A stretch of 63,620 nt of DNA from Candidatus Kerfeldbacteria bacterium (GTDB lineage: Bacteria; Patescibacteriota; Patescibacteriia; SBBC01; CAIJZX01). The position numbers and the translations under genes are program-made. Shown here in pieces: positions 45,978 through 54,023 of the stretch; the first letter of the stretch is position 1, and the number at the start of each line of letters is the position of its first letter. The notes under the pieces were generated by a model. It saw only the letters and a list, made by a program, of their open reading frames with translations. It did no database searches and was not told the DNA's origin. Location of the stretch: the NCBI GenBank assembly GCA_903825245.1, contig CAIJZX010000032.1:1-63620 (forward strand). Reading direction: 5' to 3'.

Positions 45978-47319
45978 TAACGCGATCGCGAAGTTGGGCT
46001 GCCCGTTCGTATTCTTTGTGGCTCGCCGAGGCTAGCATCTGCTTTTCCAAATTATTCACCATATTTTCGAACTCTTCGAGCGGAATGTGCGGCATTTCTT
46101 TGGTGATGCGCTGAGTAACATCTTCATCCGAGGCCTTAATGCGTTCGGCAATTTTATCGTTGCGTTGCCAATCGAAGGCAGTGAAGACGATGCCGCGATA
46201 CAGCTCTTCGGCGCGCGTCTTTTCTGTACCTGTAGCTTGCGGGTTGTCGAGGACTACGTCACGAAGCTCCTTGGCGCCCATTTCCATCATTTCGATGCTC
46301 CACCATGGACTAGCCGACGCCCACCAGTACTGATCGGAGTGGACGGCGCGATCGAGTGCATGGCGAACTGTTTTCCAGGCCGGATTTTTTTCATCGAGCT
46401 TCTTGAAACTGTCGATTGCCAAGTACGTGAGTTCCCACTGCATCTTGTGTATTTCATTTGTTTCGTCCTGCCAGCGCGAGAACGGCGTATTTTGCTCTAA
46501 ATCTTTTTTCATCAATGCCCAACTCGACGGCAACGGTTCAACCTCGGCGCGCTTGGTGACAACTTTTCGCAATTCCGATAACGTGACCGACTTCAATTCC
46601 GGCACGTTATACATTTCAAACAGCAAGGCATCGAGTCCCGGGCGGTGGTGGCCGAACGTTTCACCGTCCATCGCGGTCAGCAGGTATTCATCGGAGTTCA
46701 CGCGATCGCCGAGGAGTTTTAATAACATGCCGGCGGAAAAAACGCTGACGCCGACCTCGGCTGAGAGAATACGGAAACTTGCATCGCGTTCGCGGAAGAA
46801 AATCGAGAAGTCGTCGCTGTTTTTCAGAGTGTAAATCGTGTCGCGGCGGATATCGTGCATCTTGCCACTGAAAGCTAACTCATCGATGATTAACCAATCG
46901 AAACCCATGGAGCGCACGACATCGGCAACTTTTCGATTGTAGCCCATTTCCGGCGGGAAGAAACCTTTCGGGTTGTAGGCATCGCCGAAGTAATGGCGAT
47001 TTGTTTCTGTATTGAGCTCGATTTGGCGGCGAATTTCTGATTCGGGCATCAGCGGCAGGAACGGATGGTATTTTGCGCTGGCGGTGAACTCGATTTGTCC
47101 GCGTTCGGCGAGCGTTCGCAGACCGTCGATAACATCATGCGCGCCGTATTTATCGAAAAACTCAACTAAGACGGCATTAATGTTCAGTGTGGCCCTTGCT
47201 TGTGGATTTTCTAGCCAACCTTTCACCAGGACGCGGTAACACTCGTTGGTAATTTTCTTCACCCAGTATTCTTTTTGCGTCGGCGGCTGGTAGAAGTGGA
47301 GGAAATTTGCCCAAAGCAT
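45931..47319 (-). CDS. GH57-family glycoside hydrolase-like protein with C-terminal UVR motif, copy a
   Basis: MLWANFLHFYQPP..., ...DGETFGHH...; C-terminus LEKQMLASASHKEYERAAQLRDRVIEL. Confidence 0.8.
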   Translation of the reverse strand: MLWANFLHFYQPPTQKEYWVKKITNECYRVLVKGWLENPQARATLNINAVLVEFFDKYGAHDVIDGLRTLAERGQIEFTASAKYHPFLPLMPESEIRRQIELNTETNRHYFGDAYNPKGFFPPEMGYNRKVADVVRSMGFDWLIIDELAFSGKMHDIRRDTIYTLKNSDDFSIFFRERDASFRILSAEVGVSVFSAGMLLKLLGDRVNSDEYLLTAMDGETFGHHRPGLDALLFEMYNVPELKSVTLSELRKVVTKRAEVEPLPSSWALMKKDLEQNTPFSRWQDETNEIHKMQWELTYLAIDSFKKLDEKNPAWKTVRHALDRAVHSDQYWWASASPWWSIEMMEMGAKELRDVVLDNPQATGTEKTRAEELYRGIVFTAFDWQRNDKIAERIKASDEDVTQRITKEMPHIPLEEFENMVNNLEKQMLASASHKEYERAAQLRDRVIELNAKKADITGSSA

Positions 47320-47473
47320 ACGATATTTAGTGCATCAATAAGTGGTTGCAGTATACCGCACTTTTGGTTGTTTTTCCATGTTTTGTATTGATGGTCTTGC
47401 GACAATAAATACAGCACAGATATGGATTAGCGGAGGTTAGTCAGGGTTGTTGGTTAAGTAAAACACCCATCAT

Positions 47474-47504
47474 AAATAAAAAGACTACCAATGCATTGGT
47501 AGTC
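47474..47504 (-). terminator. Rho-independent terminator ending the rSAM operon
   Basis: Perfect 22-nt palindrome GACTACCAATGCATTGGTAGTC (47483-47504), followed on the minus strand by TTTTTATTT. Confidence 0.8.
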
Positions 47505-47533
47505 ATAGTACAGAGCGGTCGTATATTTAGTGG

Positions 47534-48820
47534 TTAGAGGACCAGGCTGTTGTTCAAAGAAATGATGAAAAAATTTCTTGGAACAAGCATGGTCATGACT
47601 CGATGAAATTCAGCATCATCAGTCGTCGTGCAAAATTGTTCGGCCAGGCGGTTTAACGACATCGGTGCCGCTGTTCTGGTGGCAACGATGAAATCCCGTA
47701 GCGCCTGGTTGATGTGCAAAATGTCGCGTGAGCGTCCCGATGTTACCAACCATCCATCGCCATCCGGGCGTTCGAGATACTTGCGACTAGGTCGAACGAT
47801 GGTCGTCGGGTAAAGATCGGGAGGAGGCGCCAACGTCAACACTGGTTCACTTGAGATCATCAATTCCTCAAGCGCTCCAGCTTCACGCACAGCGGCATCG
47901 ATCGGACATCCACCACTTGTGGCAACATCGCAGGCCAAACAACTCCGGTGTGTGTTACCAACAGCGGATCGCCAATCCTGCATACGTTCCCAAATAGAAC
48001 CGAGGCTCTCATTCAGGACGTTTCCATAAACACGAGGATTGTGTCCGCAAGGACGCACGTCACCGTTAACCGCGATCGTTCCATTACGTTTGCCGGCATT
48101 GCAGGCCCGAAAAACAAACGGCAGTCGCAGATCAAAGGCTCGTTGCGGAATGACTCGCCGTGGCAAAGCCTCCATCACATCTACGTCGAGACCAAGCGTT
48201 TCATGCGCCCACACGAGATCGGACAACACCTGCCGTGTTTCCGCCAAAGATAACGGCAGTTCAAACTGTGGCGCACGCGCATTGAGACTCACCGGCGTTG
48301 CGGCAAAACGTCGAACACCGAGCTCAGCCATACGAATAGCCGTAGCCCGAACATCATCACGATTCAACTGGCTAACAACCATGTTGACGGTGTGATTGAC
48401 GCCCGTGGAGACGACCTGCCGTAGATTCGTTTCGAATCGGTCGTAGTTCCCGCCACCAGTGATATGCCGGTACTGCTCCGGTGTACTCGATGGACAGGAA
48501 ATCAGGTAGTGATCAACCCGAAGTTCGGACAACACCTCATCTGTCAATGGCGCCAGACAGGTATTTAGCGAGAGGATGGTACCGTGATTGGCCAAATACT
48601 TCGACAACTCAATGACCAAACGACGACGGGTCAGTGGTTCACCTCCAGTGAACGTGACGAAGAAAATACGATTCCGAACGATGTGTTCGGCGATGCGAAA
48701 CATCTCGTCGTCCGACAAGTCAGCTGTCCGTTGAGGGATAGCGGCACTGAGTAAGTAGCAGTGCAGGCAACGGTACGGACAATGTTCGGTCAACTCCCAC
48801 TGCAGGACTGCGGGGATCAT
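47534..48820 (-). CDS. Radical SAM enzyme with SPASM/twitch-type auxiliary Cys cluster and PqqD-like (RRE-like) C-terminal extension
   Basis: CPYRCLHC (Cx3Cx2C) near the N-terminus; CX12GX4C then CLACDVATSGGC; C-terminal ~100 aa ...WLVTSGRSRDILHINQALRDFIVATRTAAPMSLNRLAEQF...FHRVMTMLVPRNFFI. Confidence 0.8.
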   Translation of the reverse strand: MIPAVLQWELTEHCPYRCLHCYLLSAAIPQRTADLSDDEMFRIAEHIVRNRIFFVTFTGGEPLTRRRLVIELSKYLANHGTILSLNTCLAPLTDEVLSELRVDHYLISCPSSTPEQYRHITGGGNYDRFETNLRQVVSTGVNHTVNMVVSQLNRDDVRATAIRMAELGVRRFAATPVSLNARAPQFELPLSLAETRQVLSDLVWAHETLGLDVDVMEALPRRVIPQRAFDLRLPFVFRACNAGKRNGTIAVNGDVRPCGHNPRVYGNVLNESLGSIWERMQDWRSAVGNTHRSCLACDVATSGGCPIDAAVREAGALEELMISSEPVLTLAPPPDLYPTTIVRPSRKYLERPDGDGWLVTSGRSRDILHINQALRDFIVATRTAAPMSLNRLAEQFCTTTDDAEFHRVMTMLVPRNFFIISLNNSLVL

Positions 48821-48841
48821 GACTCACTCCTTGTGGTTGGA

Positions 48842-49489
48842 TTACTCGGTTATAGATTGTAAAGATCGTTCGATCGTTTGTTTGATGTCATGTGTATTAC
48901 GATACTCCTTTAGGATCGTAGCTCGAAGCTCTTGATGTTGCGGATAACCAATATCTTGAATCCCGGGCATCAGATCACTAAATTCTTCATTGAGTAGCAC
49001 TGTTAGGGCTTCCTTCATATCATTCGAAACTTTTGCTCCGTGTTTGACCTGGATCTCATCCCTAAAAAACGCATAATAGTACCAATGCCATAATTCATGC
49101 ATCAGTGTTTTCGTAACAGCCTTCAGGTTTGTATGAATAAAGAAATATCCACGCTCATAGTTATATGAGCATCGATCATGAACCGTTAAGTATACCGTCA
49201 ACCGATCCATTGGTAATGGTTTACCAAATATTGCATTTGCCCGGGTAAAGTATTTCGTTTCAATGGCGATCCAGTTTGCCTCAATGTCAGACAATACTTT
49301 ATTCGGATCGATGTTGTGTTCCCGAAGATACCATTCGGAAAAGGCAATGGCGTTTGGGCGAGTCAGTTCAGCGTAGTGCTCAAAAAAAAGAACTTGGCGC
49401 GGACTTGCTTGGGCATGATTTTTTGAACCAAAAGCCGCGCGGAAGTTTTCATATTCGTAAGATGGGTCGTAGCGAAAGTTGATGGTCAT
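48842..49489 (-). CDS. HExxH (HELWH) protein, putative metallopeptidase-like partner
   Basis: TLMHELWHWYYY motif; 21 nt upstream of the rSAM start; visibly AT-richer than its neighbours. Confidence 0.55.
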   Translation of the reverse strand: MTINFRYDPSYEYENFRAAFGSKNHAQASPRQVLFFEHYAELTRPNAIAFSEWYLREHNIDPNKVLSDIEANWIAIETKYFTRANAIFGKPLPMDRLTVYLTVHDRCSYNYERGYFFIHTNLKAVTKTLMHELWHWYYYAFFRDEIQVKHGAKVSNDMKEALTVLLNEEFSDLMPGIQDIGYPQHQELRATILKEYRNTHDIKQTIERSLQSITE

Positions 49490-49541
49490 GATAAAAAGTG
49501 GGAGAGTGGATCAGGTTCTCCCGTGTGTGATGTACAGACTT

Positions 49542-49673
49542 CTAGTAGTTGTCAGTATTCCCGTCGTCACAGCCGCCATCGCAATCGCAGTTCTCGGTCT
49601 GAGCCGAGACCAGCTTCATGCCAGCGAACGGTGAAGGACGGGAATCCTCCAACATCACATTGTCGTGGTCCAT
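49542..49673 (-). CDS. 43-aa Cys/Asp-rich peptide, candidate RiPP precursor (MDHDNVMLEDSRPSPFAGMKLVSAQTENCDCDGGCDDGNTDNY)
   Basis: Hand translation; GGGAGG RBS 5 nt upstream of ATG; first gene of the operon, 52 nt upstream of the HExxH gene; below the ORF-track cutoff. Confidence 0.6.
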   Translation of the reverse strand: MDHDNVMLEDSRPSPFAGMKLVSAQTENCDCDGGCDDGNTDNY

Positions 49674-49775
49674 GTGGACCTCCCGAGAAGATAGCTCATT
49701 ATCATCGCGCGGTTGCGCAACAGGCCTGACAGATCCAAGTCAGAAACCGAATGTTAATGAGCTTGTCTGCACAGG

Positions 49776-49804
49776 ACACTAACGGCAAAGACTAAATATG
49801 TCAA
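49776..49804 (-). promoter_or_regulatory. Promoter candidate TTGACA-N17-TAGTGT for the peptide operon
   Basis: Minus-strand TTGACA at 49804-49799 and TAGTGT at 49781-49776. Confidence 0.45.
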
Positions 49805-49822
49805 GCGCCGTCGCGACGGCGC
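49805..49822 (-). terminator. Perfect 18-nt GC palindrome GCGCCGTCGCGACGGCGC downstream of GH57 copy b
   Basis: Read directly; lies immediately upstream of the -35 element. Confidence 0.5.
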
Positions 49823-49891
49823 ACATGAGCCTTAATCCAACACAGCCCCTTGTCGAGAGCAAGCATGTTTTTGTTACAACCCCCTGTTACG

Positions 49892-51112
49892 TTACACCCG
49901 CTTCCCACCCATAAACCGGATGTCGCCGGTTTGTTGTAAATACGTTCCTTGCCGGTGTTTCGCTAAGCCGGTTTTTTCCCAAAGCTCGGTTGTGGTGGCG
50001 ACTTGTTGCATCAATCGTTCAGCGGCATTCATGGTTTTTGTCGGCACACGCGTCAGTGTCGCGAGTACGTCGACCAAGCGCTGTGTTTCGCGGATGACAA
50101 TCGTCATGTCCCACCACGGACTAGCCGATGCCCACCAGTATTTATCTGATGTTAAAGCCATATCGAGCAAGCGGCGAGCAACTTCAAACGTCGGATCGCT
50201 TTCGGCGCTTCGCACAGCGGTGATAACGAGGTGCGTGAGTTGCCACTGGAGCTTGTGAATCGGATTATTCGGATGGTTCCACAGGCCGAACGGAATATTG
50301 GCGGTAATTTCTTGTGGTTGCGACGACCAACTGCCGTCGTGAAGCTCAATTACCGATTCTGTTGATTGTCGGTCGCGGTATTCCGAAACGGTTTCGGTTG
50401 CAATCTCCGGCCAGGTAACGAGTATCTCCCAGAGACGATCAACGCCGGCGCGATGGTGGCCGAGATTCTCTCCGTCCATCGCCGTTACTAGGCCAGCCGT
50501 GGTTCGTATATCTCCCTGGAGCGCGGCGACAGACTTTTCCGGCTGATCAATAGTCGCTGAAAATGACAAAAAGTCGCTCAAGAAGCGATTGCGAAACACG
50601 ACGCCAAGTCCGCCACCGGTCATATAGCGCCGATCAAAAAGCGTGGTGCCAAGTGGTTGACCAGAACACACCTCATCAATAATTATCCATTCGTAACCAC
50701 GGTTGATCAGTATCGGCTCCAGCGACGCACTGTAGGCCATTTCTGGTGCGTAGAAGCCCTTGGGGTGGAAGGCTGAGCCGAATGTCTCTCGACAGACAAT
50801 TTCTTGTAGTTCGATTTGGCGGACAATTTCTTCGGCCGGCAATAGCGGTAAAATTGGATGATATTTTGCGCTGCCAACCAACTCGATTTGTCCGCGCTCG
50901 GCGAGGCGGCGAATGCTCTGCAGAACATCGGTTAATCCAAGCGCGACCAACTGATCAATGAGCGAGCCGGTAATATTGAGCGTAATTTTAATTTCCGGAT
51001 GTTGCTGTAAAATAGCTACCATCGGTTGGTAGGCTTCGGCCGTGGCGCGACGAACAATCGCCTCATCCCACGCCGGCGGTTGGTAGATATGAAAAAAATT
51101 ACTCCAGTGCAT
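49892..51112 (-). CDS. GH57-family glycoside hydrolase-like protein, copy b (no UVR tail)
   Basis: MHWSNFFHIYQPP..., ...DGENLGHH...; roughly 45% identical by eye to copy a over the N-terminal 150 aa. Confidence 0.8.
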   Translation of the reverse strand: MHWSNFFHIYQPPAWDEAIVRRATAEAYQPMVAILQQHPEIKITLNITGSLIDQLVALGLTDVLQSIRRLAERGQIELVGSAKYHPILPLLPAEEIVRQIELQEIVCRETFGSAFHPKGFYAPEMAYSASLEPILINRGYEWIIIDEVCSGQPLGTTLFDRRYMTGGGLGVVFRNRFLSDFLSFSATIDQPEKSVAALQGDIRTTAGLVTAMDGENLGHHRAGVDRLWEILVTWPEIATETVSEYRDRQSTESVIELHDGSWSSQPQEITANIPFGLWNHPNNPIHKLQWQLTHLVITAVRSAESDPTFEVARRLLDMALTSDKYWWASASPWWDMTIVIRETQRLVDVLATLTRVPTKTMNAAERLMQQVATTTELWEKTGLAKHRQGTYLQQTGDIRFMGGKRV

Positions 51113-52571
51113 GGTGCGCCGCAATCGTTCGCTTGTAGAGGTCGACGTACTGTTTGGCCGGCAAACCCCAGGAGAATGATTGGCGCATCGCCTGCCAGGT
51201 GAGGTGTTCCCAAACGCGAGGGTATTTATAGGTTTCGATGGCGCGGGTCATGGCCATAATCAGATCCGGGCCGGTGTAGTTGTAGAGGACGAAGCCGGTG
51301 CCGACGCCGGTGCGCGGATCGAAGTCGGTAATGGTATCAGCTAAACCGCCGGTGCGATGGACGATCGGAATGGAACCGTAGCGCAAACTGATGAGCTGAG
51401 AAATACCGCACGGTTCATAGCGACTCGGCATCAAGAACATATCGGAAGCGGCGTAGATGCGGGATCCGACGGCTTCGGAGAACTCCAGATGCACCGCCAC
51501 TTGGTGCGGATACTTCTTGGCCATTTGCCGGAAGAAATTCACGTAGCCGCGATCACCGCCACCGACGACGACTAGTTGCACCTGCTGGCGCATGAGTACC
51601 GGAAAAATTTCCATGATGAGGTCGAATCCTTTTTGTTCAGTCAATCGGTGAACCATTCCAATCAAGGGTACGTCTTTTCGTTCCGGTAGATGGAATTCTT
51701 TTTGTAACAGGCGTTTATTTTCAGCTTTTTTATCAAGCGAGTTCCAATCGTAATGAATTTTTAGGTGCTGATCGAAACTCGGGTTGAAAATCGTATAGTC
51801 GATGCCGTTAATAATGCCGAAAACACGATCTTGTCGCCGGCGTAGAACACCATCGAGACCTTCACCGAATTTTTTGGTCATAATTTCCTCGGCATAGCGA
51901 ACACTAACGGCGCTGATCGCGTCGGCGTTTTTAATAGCGCGCAACGCAAAGTTGGTGGTGCGGATTGTGGCGGTGTCAACCGGTGGCAAACCCCGACCTT
52001 GGTCGCGTTTTTCGGGCGGCAAGTTAAACCACATGCCTTGCATTTGGTAGAGCAGGTTGTGAATGGTGAAAACACTAACCGTATCTCGCCACAGAGGGTT
52101 TTTCCGATATTCACAATTGAGGTAGTTCGGAATAAGTCCAGTGTGCCAGTCATGACAATGAAGAACATCCGGAATATGCCCGAGAAATTCGAAGAGCAAA
52201 AACACCGCTCGATCAAATACTTGGAAGCGCAGGTTGTCGTCAGGATAACCAAACGAGCGGTCGCGCTCGGTAAAAAGTTCGTCCTGAGCTAAAAAGTACA
52301 CCGGCACCTTACTGTGCTCAGAGAGTTCACCACGATAAAAACGAATCGGGTATTCCTTTTTACCCAAGGTTACAACGCTATCGCCGAGATGTGTCACCGG
52401 CAGTGATTGGGCGGCAATTTGTTTGTAGTACGGCGTGACGACGGAAACTTCGTGCCCGAGACCCTTCACGTGCTTCGGCAGGGCGTTCGCGACGTCGGCT
52501 AAGCCGCCGGTTTTGCTGAACGGGCTGACCTCCCAGGAAACGATGGCGATGTGGAGTGGTCGATCGGACAT
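51099..52571 (-). CDS. glgA: Glycogen/starch synthase (GT5), copy 2
   Basis: LHIAIVSWEVSPFSKTGGLADVANALP, HCHDWHT, PSRYEPCGI; start at ATG 52571. Confidence 0.9.
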   Translation of the reverse strand: MSDRPLHIAIVSWEVSPFSKTGGLADVANALPKHVKGLGHEVSVVTPYYKQIAAQSLPVTHLGDSVVTLGKKEYPIRFYRGELSEHSKVPVYFLAQDELFTERDRSFGYPDDNLRFQVFDRAVFLLFEFLGHIPDVLHCHDWHTGLIPNYLNCEYRKNPLWRDTVSVFTIHNLLYQMQGMWFNLPPEKRDQGRGLPPVDTATIRTTNFALRAIKNADAISAVSVRYAEEIMTKKFGEGLDGVLRRRQDRVFGIINGIDYTIFNPSFDQHLKIHYDWNSLDKKAENKRLLQKEFHLPERKDVPLIGMVHRLTEQKGFDLIMEIFPVLMRQQVQLVVVGGGDRGYVNFFRQMAKKYPHQVAVHLEFSEAVGSRIYAASDMFLMPSRYEPCGISQLISLRYGSIPIVHRTGGLADTITDFDPRTGVGTGFVLYNYTGPDLIMAMTRAIETYKYPRVWEHLTWQAMRQSFSWGLPAKQYVDLYKRTIAAHHALE

Positions 52572-52575
52572 AGAC

Positions 52576-53064
52576 TTAGTGTAGCACTTTCGAAGCCGAT
52601 CCGCAGAGGGCAATGGCGATCGCATCAACCGTATCGTCGTGTTTTGGAAGTCGCGTGAGATTGAGAAGTAACTGAATCATCCGTCCCATCTGTCGTTTAT
52701 CGGCTCGACCATCGCCGGTGACTGACGACTTGACGGAGGTCGGCGTGTATTCATCAACCGGTAATCCGTGCTCGGCTGCGGCCAGGATGAGTACGCCGCG
52801 TGCGTGAGCAACAGCGATGCCGGTGGTGACGTTCTTCGTGAAGAAAAGTTTTTCCACAGCCATACGATCCGGACGATATTCGCGAATAATGTCGGTGACG
52901 CGCTCGTGCAACGTTTGTAATCGGTGCTCGAGTAATTGGCCGGCGGTCGTTTCAACACACCCACACCCAACTAACGCCGCTGTGCCGCTGCGATTTTCAA
53001 TAATCGCCCAACCCAACCGGGCTAAGCCAGGATCGATGCCAAGGACTCGGATATTATGCTTCAT
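52576..53064 (-). CDS. ruvC: Crossover junction endodeoxyribonuclease RuvC
   Basis: VLGIDPGLARLGWAII..., EKLFF, D..DAIAIA. Confidence 0.9.
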   Translation of the reverse strand: MKHNIRVLGIDPGLARLGWAIIENRSGTAALVGCGCVETTAGQLLEHRLQTLHERVTDIIREYRPDRMAVEKLFFTKNVTTGIAVAHARGVLILAAAEHGLPVDEYTPTSVKSSVTGDGRADKRQMGRMIQLLLNLTRLPKHDDTVDAIAIALCGSASKVLH

Positions 53065-53776
53065 TGTTTGAGACGCGAGTAACGTCGTCGAGTTCATCCA
53101 GAAGCTCTAAGAGATTGTGCAAACTTGTTCGCGTAGCGTCATCCAACGCGACCGTTGTTGTTGGTACAAACTCGATATCGCTTTCCGCATTCAGTTTTTT
53201 GTCGGCCAAGAGCTGTTGCAGGGCGACCAATTTTTCCGGCGGGGTAATTACGACGACCTGGTCGTCTTCTTCTCGTACATCATCAGCCCCAACATCGATG
53301 CAGGCGAGTTCGAGCGCCTCGAGCGCCTCGGTCGAAACCAGGTGACTCGGAATCCGAGCCACGCCCGCGCGGGCAAACATCCAGCCGACGCTATTTTGCG
53401 CACCCATCGAGCCGCCATGCTTGCTGAAAACATTCCGCACTTCCGCTGAAGTACGATTGCTGTTATCTGTAATCGCTTCAACTAGCACCGCCACGCCGCC
53501 AGGACCGAAACCTTCGTAGAGAACGTCTTTTGTTAGTCCCTCTTGACCGCTACCGGTGCCGGATTTGACCGCGCGATCAATATTATCGTTTGGAACGTTC
53601 GCGGCGCGTGCTTTATCGATCGCTAAACGCAACCGAAAGTTCATTTCCGGATCACCGCCGCCAAGTTTGGCGGCAATAGTGATTTGGCGTGTCAGTTTTG
53701 TAAACGCGGCTGACCGTTTTGCATCGGTGACAGCTTTTTGGCGTTTGATGGTCGACCACTTTGAGTGACCTGACAT
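53054..53776 (-). CDS. yebC: YebC/PmpR family DNA-binding regulator
   Basis: MSGHSKWSTIKRQKAVTDAKR...; start at the internal ATG 53776. Confidence 0.9.
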   Translation of the reverse strand: MSGHSKWSTIKRQKAVTDAKRSAAFTKLTRQITIAAKLGGGDPEMNFRLRLAIDKARAANVPNDNIDRAVKSGTGSGQEGLTKDVLYEGFGPGGVAVLVEAITDNSNRTSAEVRNVFSKHGGSMGAQNSVGWMFARAGVARIPSHLVSTEALEALELACIDVGADDVREEDDQVVVITPPEKLVALQQLLADKKLNAESDIEFVPTTTVALDDATRTSLHNLLELLDELDDVTRVSNNEA

Positions 53777-54008
53777 GATGACGGGCGATAAAAGCGAAGA
53801 AAGCGTCATCAGCGTAGCAATTTTTTTGCTCGTCGTCAATCCAAAACGCGTATCACGGGCCGGAAGGTCTTGCGTTGCTCCACGAGCTCTGCTACAGTAT
53901 GGGCGACTGGTCGACAATAGGTCGGAAGCGACCACGAAATAATACCGATCGAGCAATTCCCGCCACCCATGCTTGGGCGGGAGTTGTCTTTTTCCGAACG
54001 CCGTACTC

Positions 54009-54017
54009 TGGTATACT
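54009..54017 (+). promoter_or_regulatory. Extended -10 (TGgTATACT) ending 6 nt upstream of the ATG: possible leaderless transcript
   Basis: TGGTATACT at 54009-54017; ATG at 54024; no SD sequence in between. Confidence 0.35.
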
Positions 54018-54023
54018 GTTCGC

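Noticed and set aside
49523-49729. Listed 68-aa plus-strand ORF (Arg/Ser/Cys/Pro-rich)
   Set aside because: It is the antisense shadow of the RBS-supported 43-aa minus-strand gene. It has low-complexity basic composition and no RBS.
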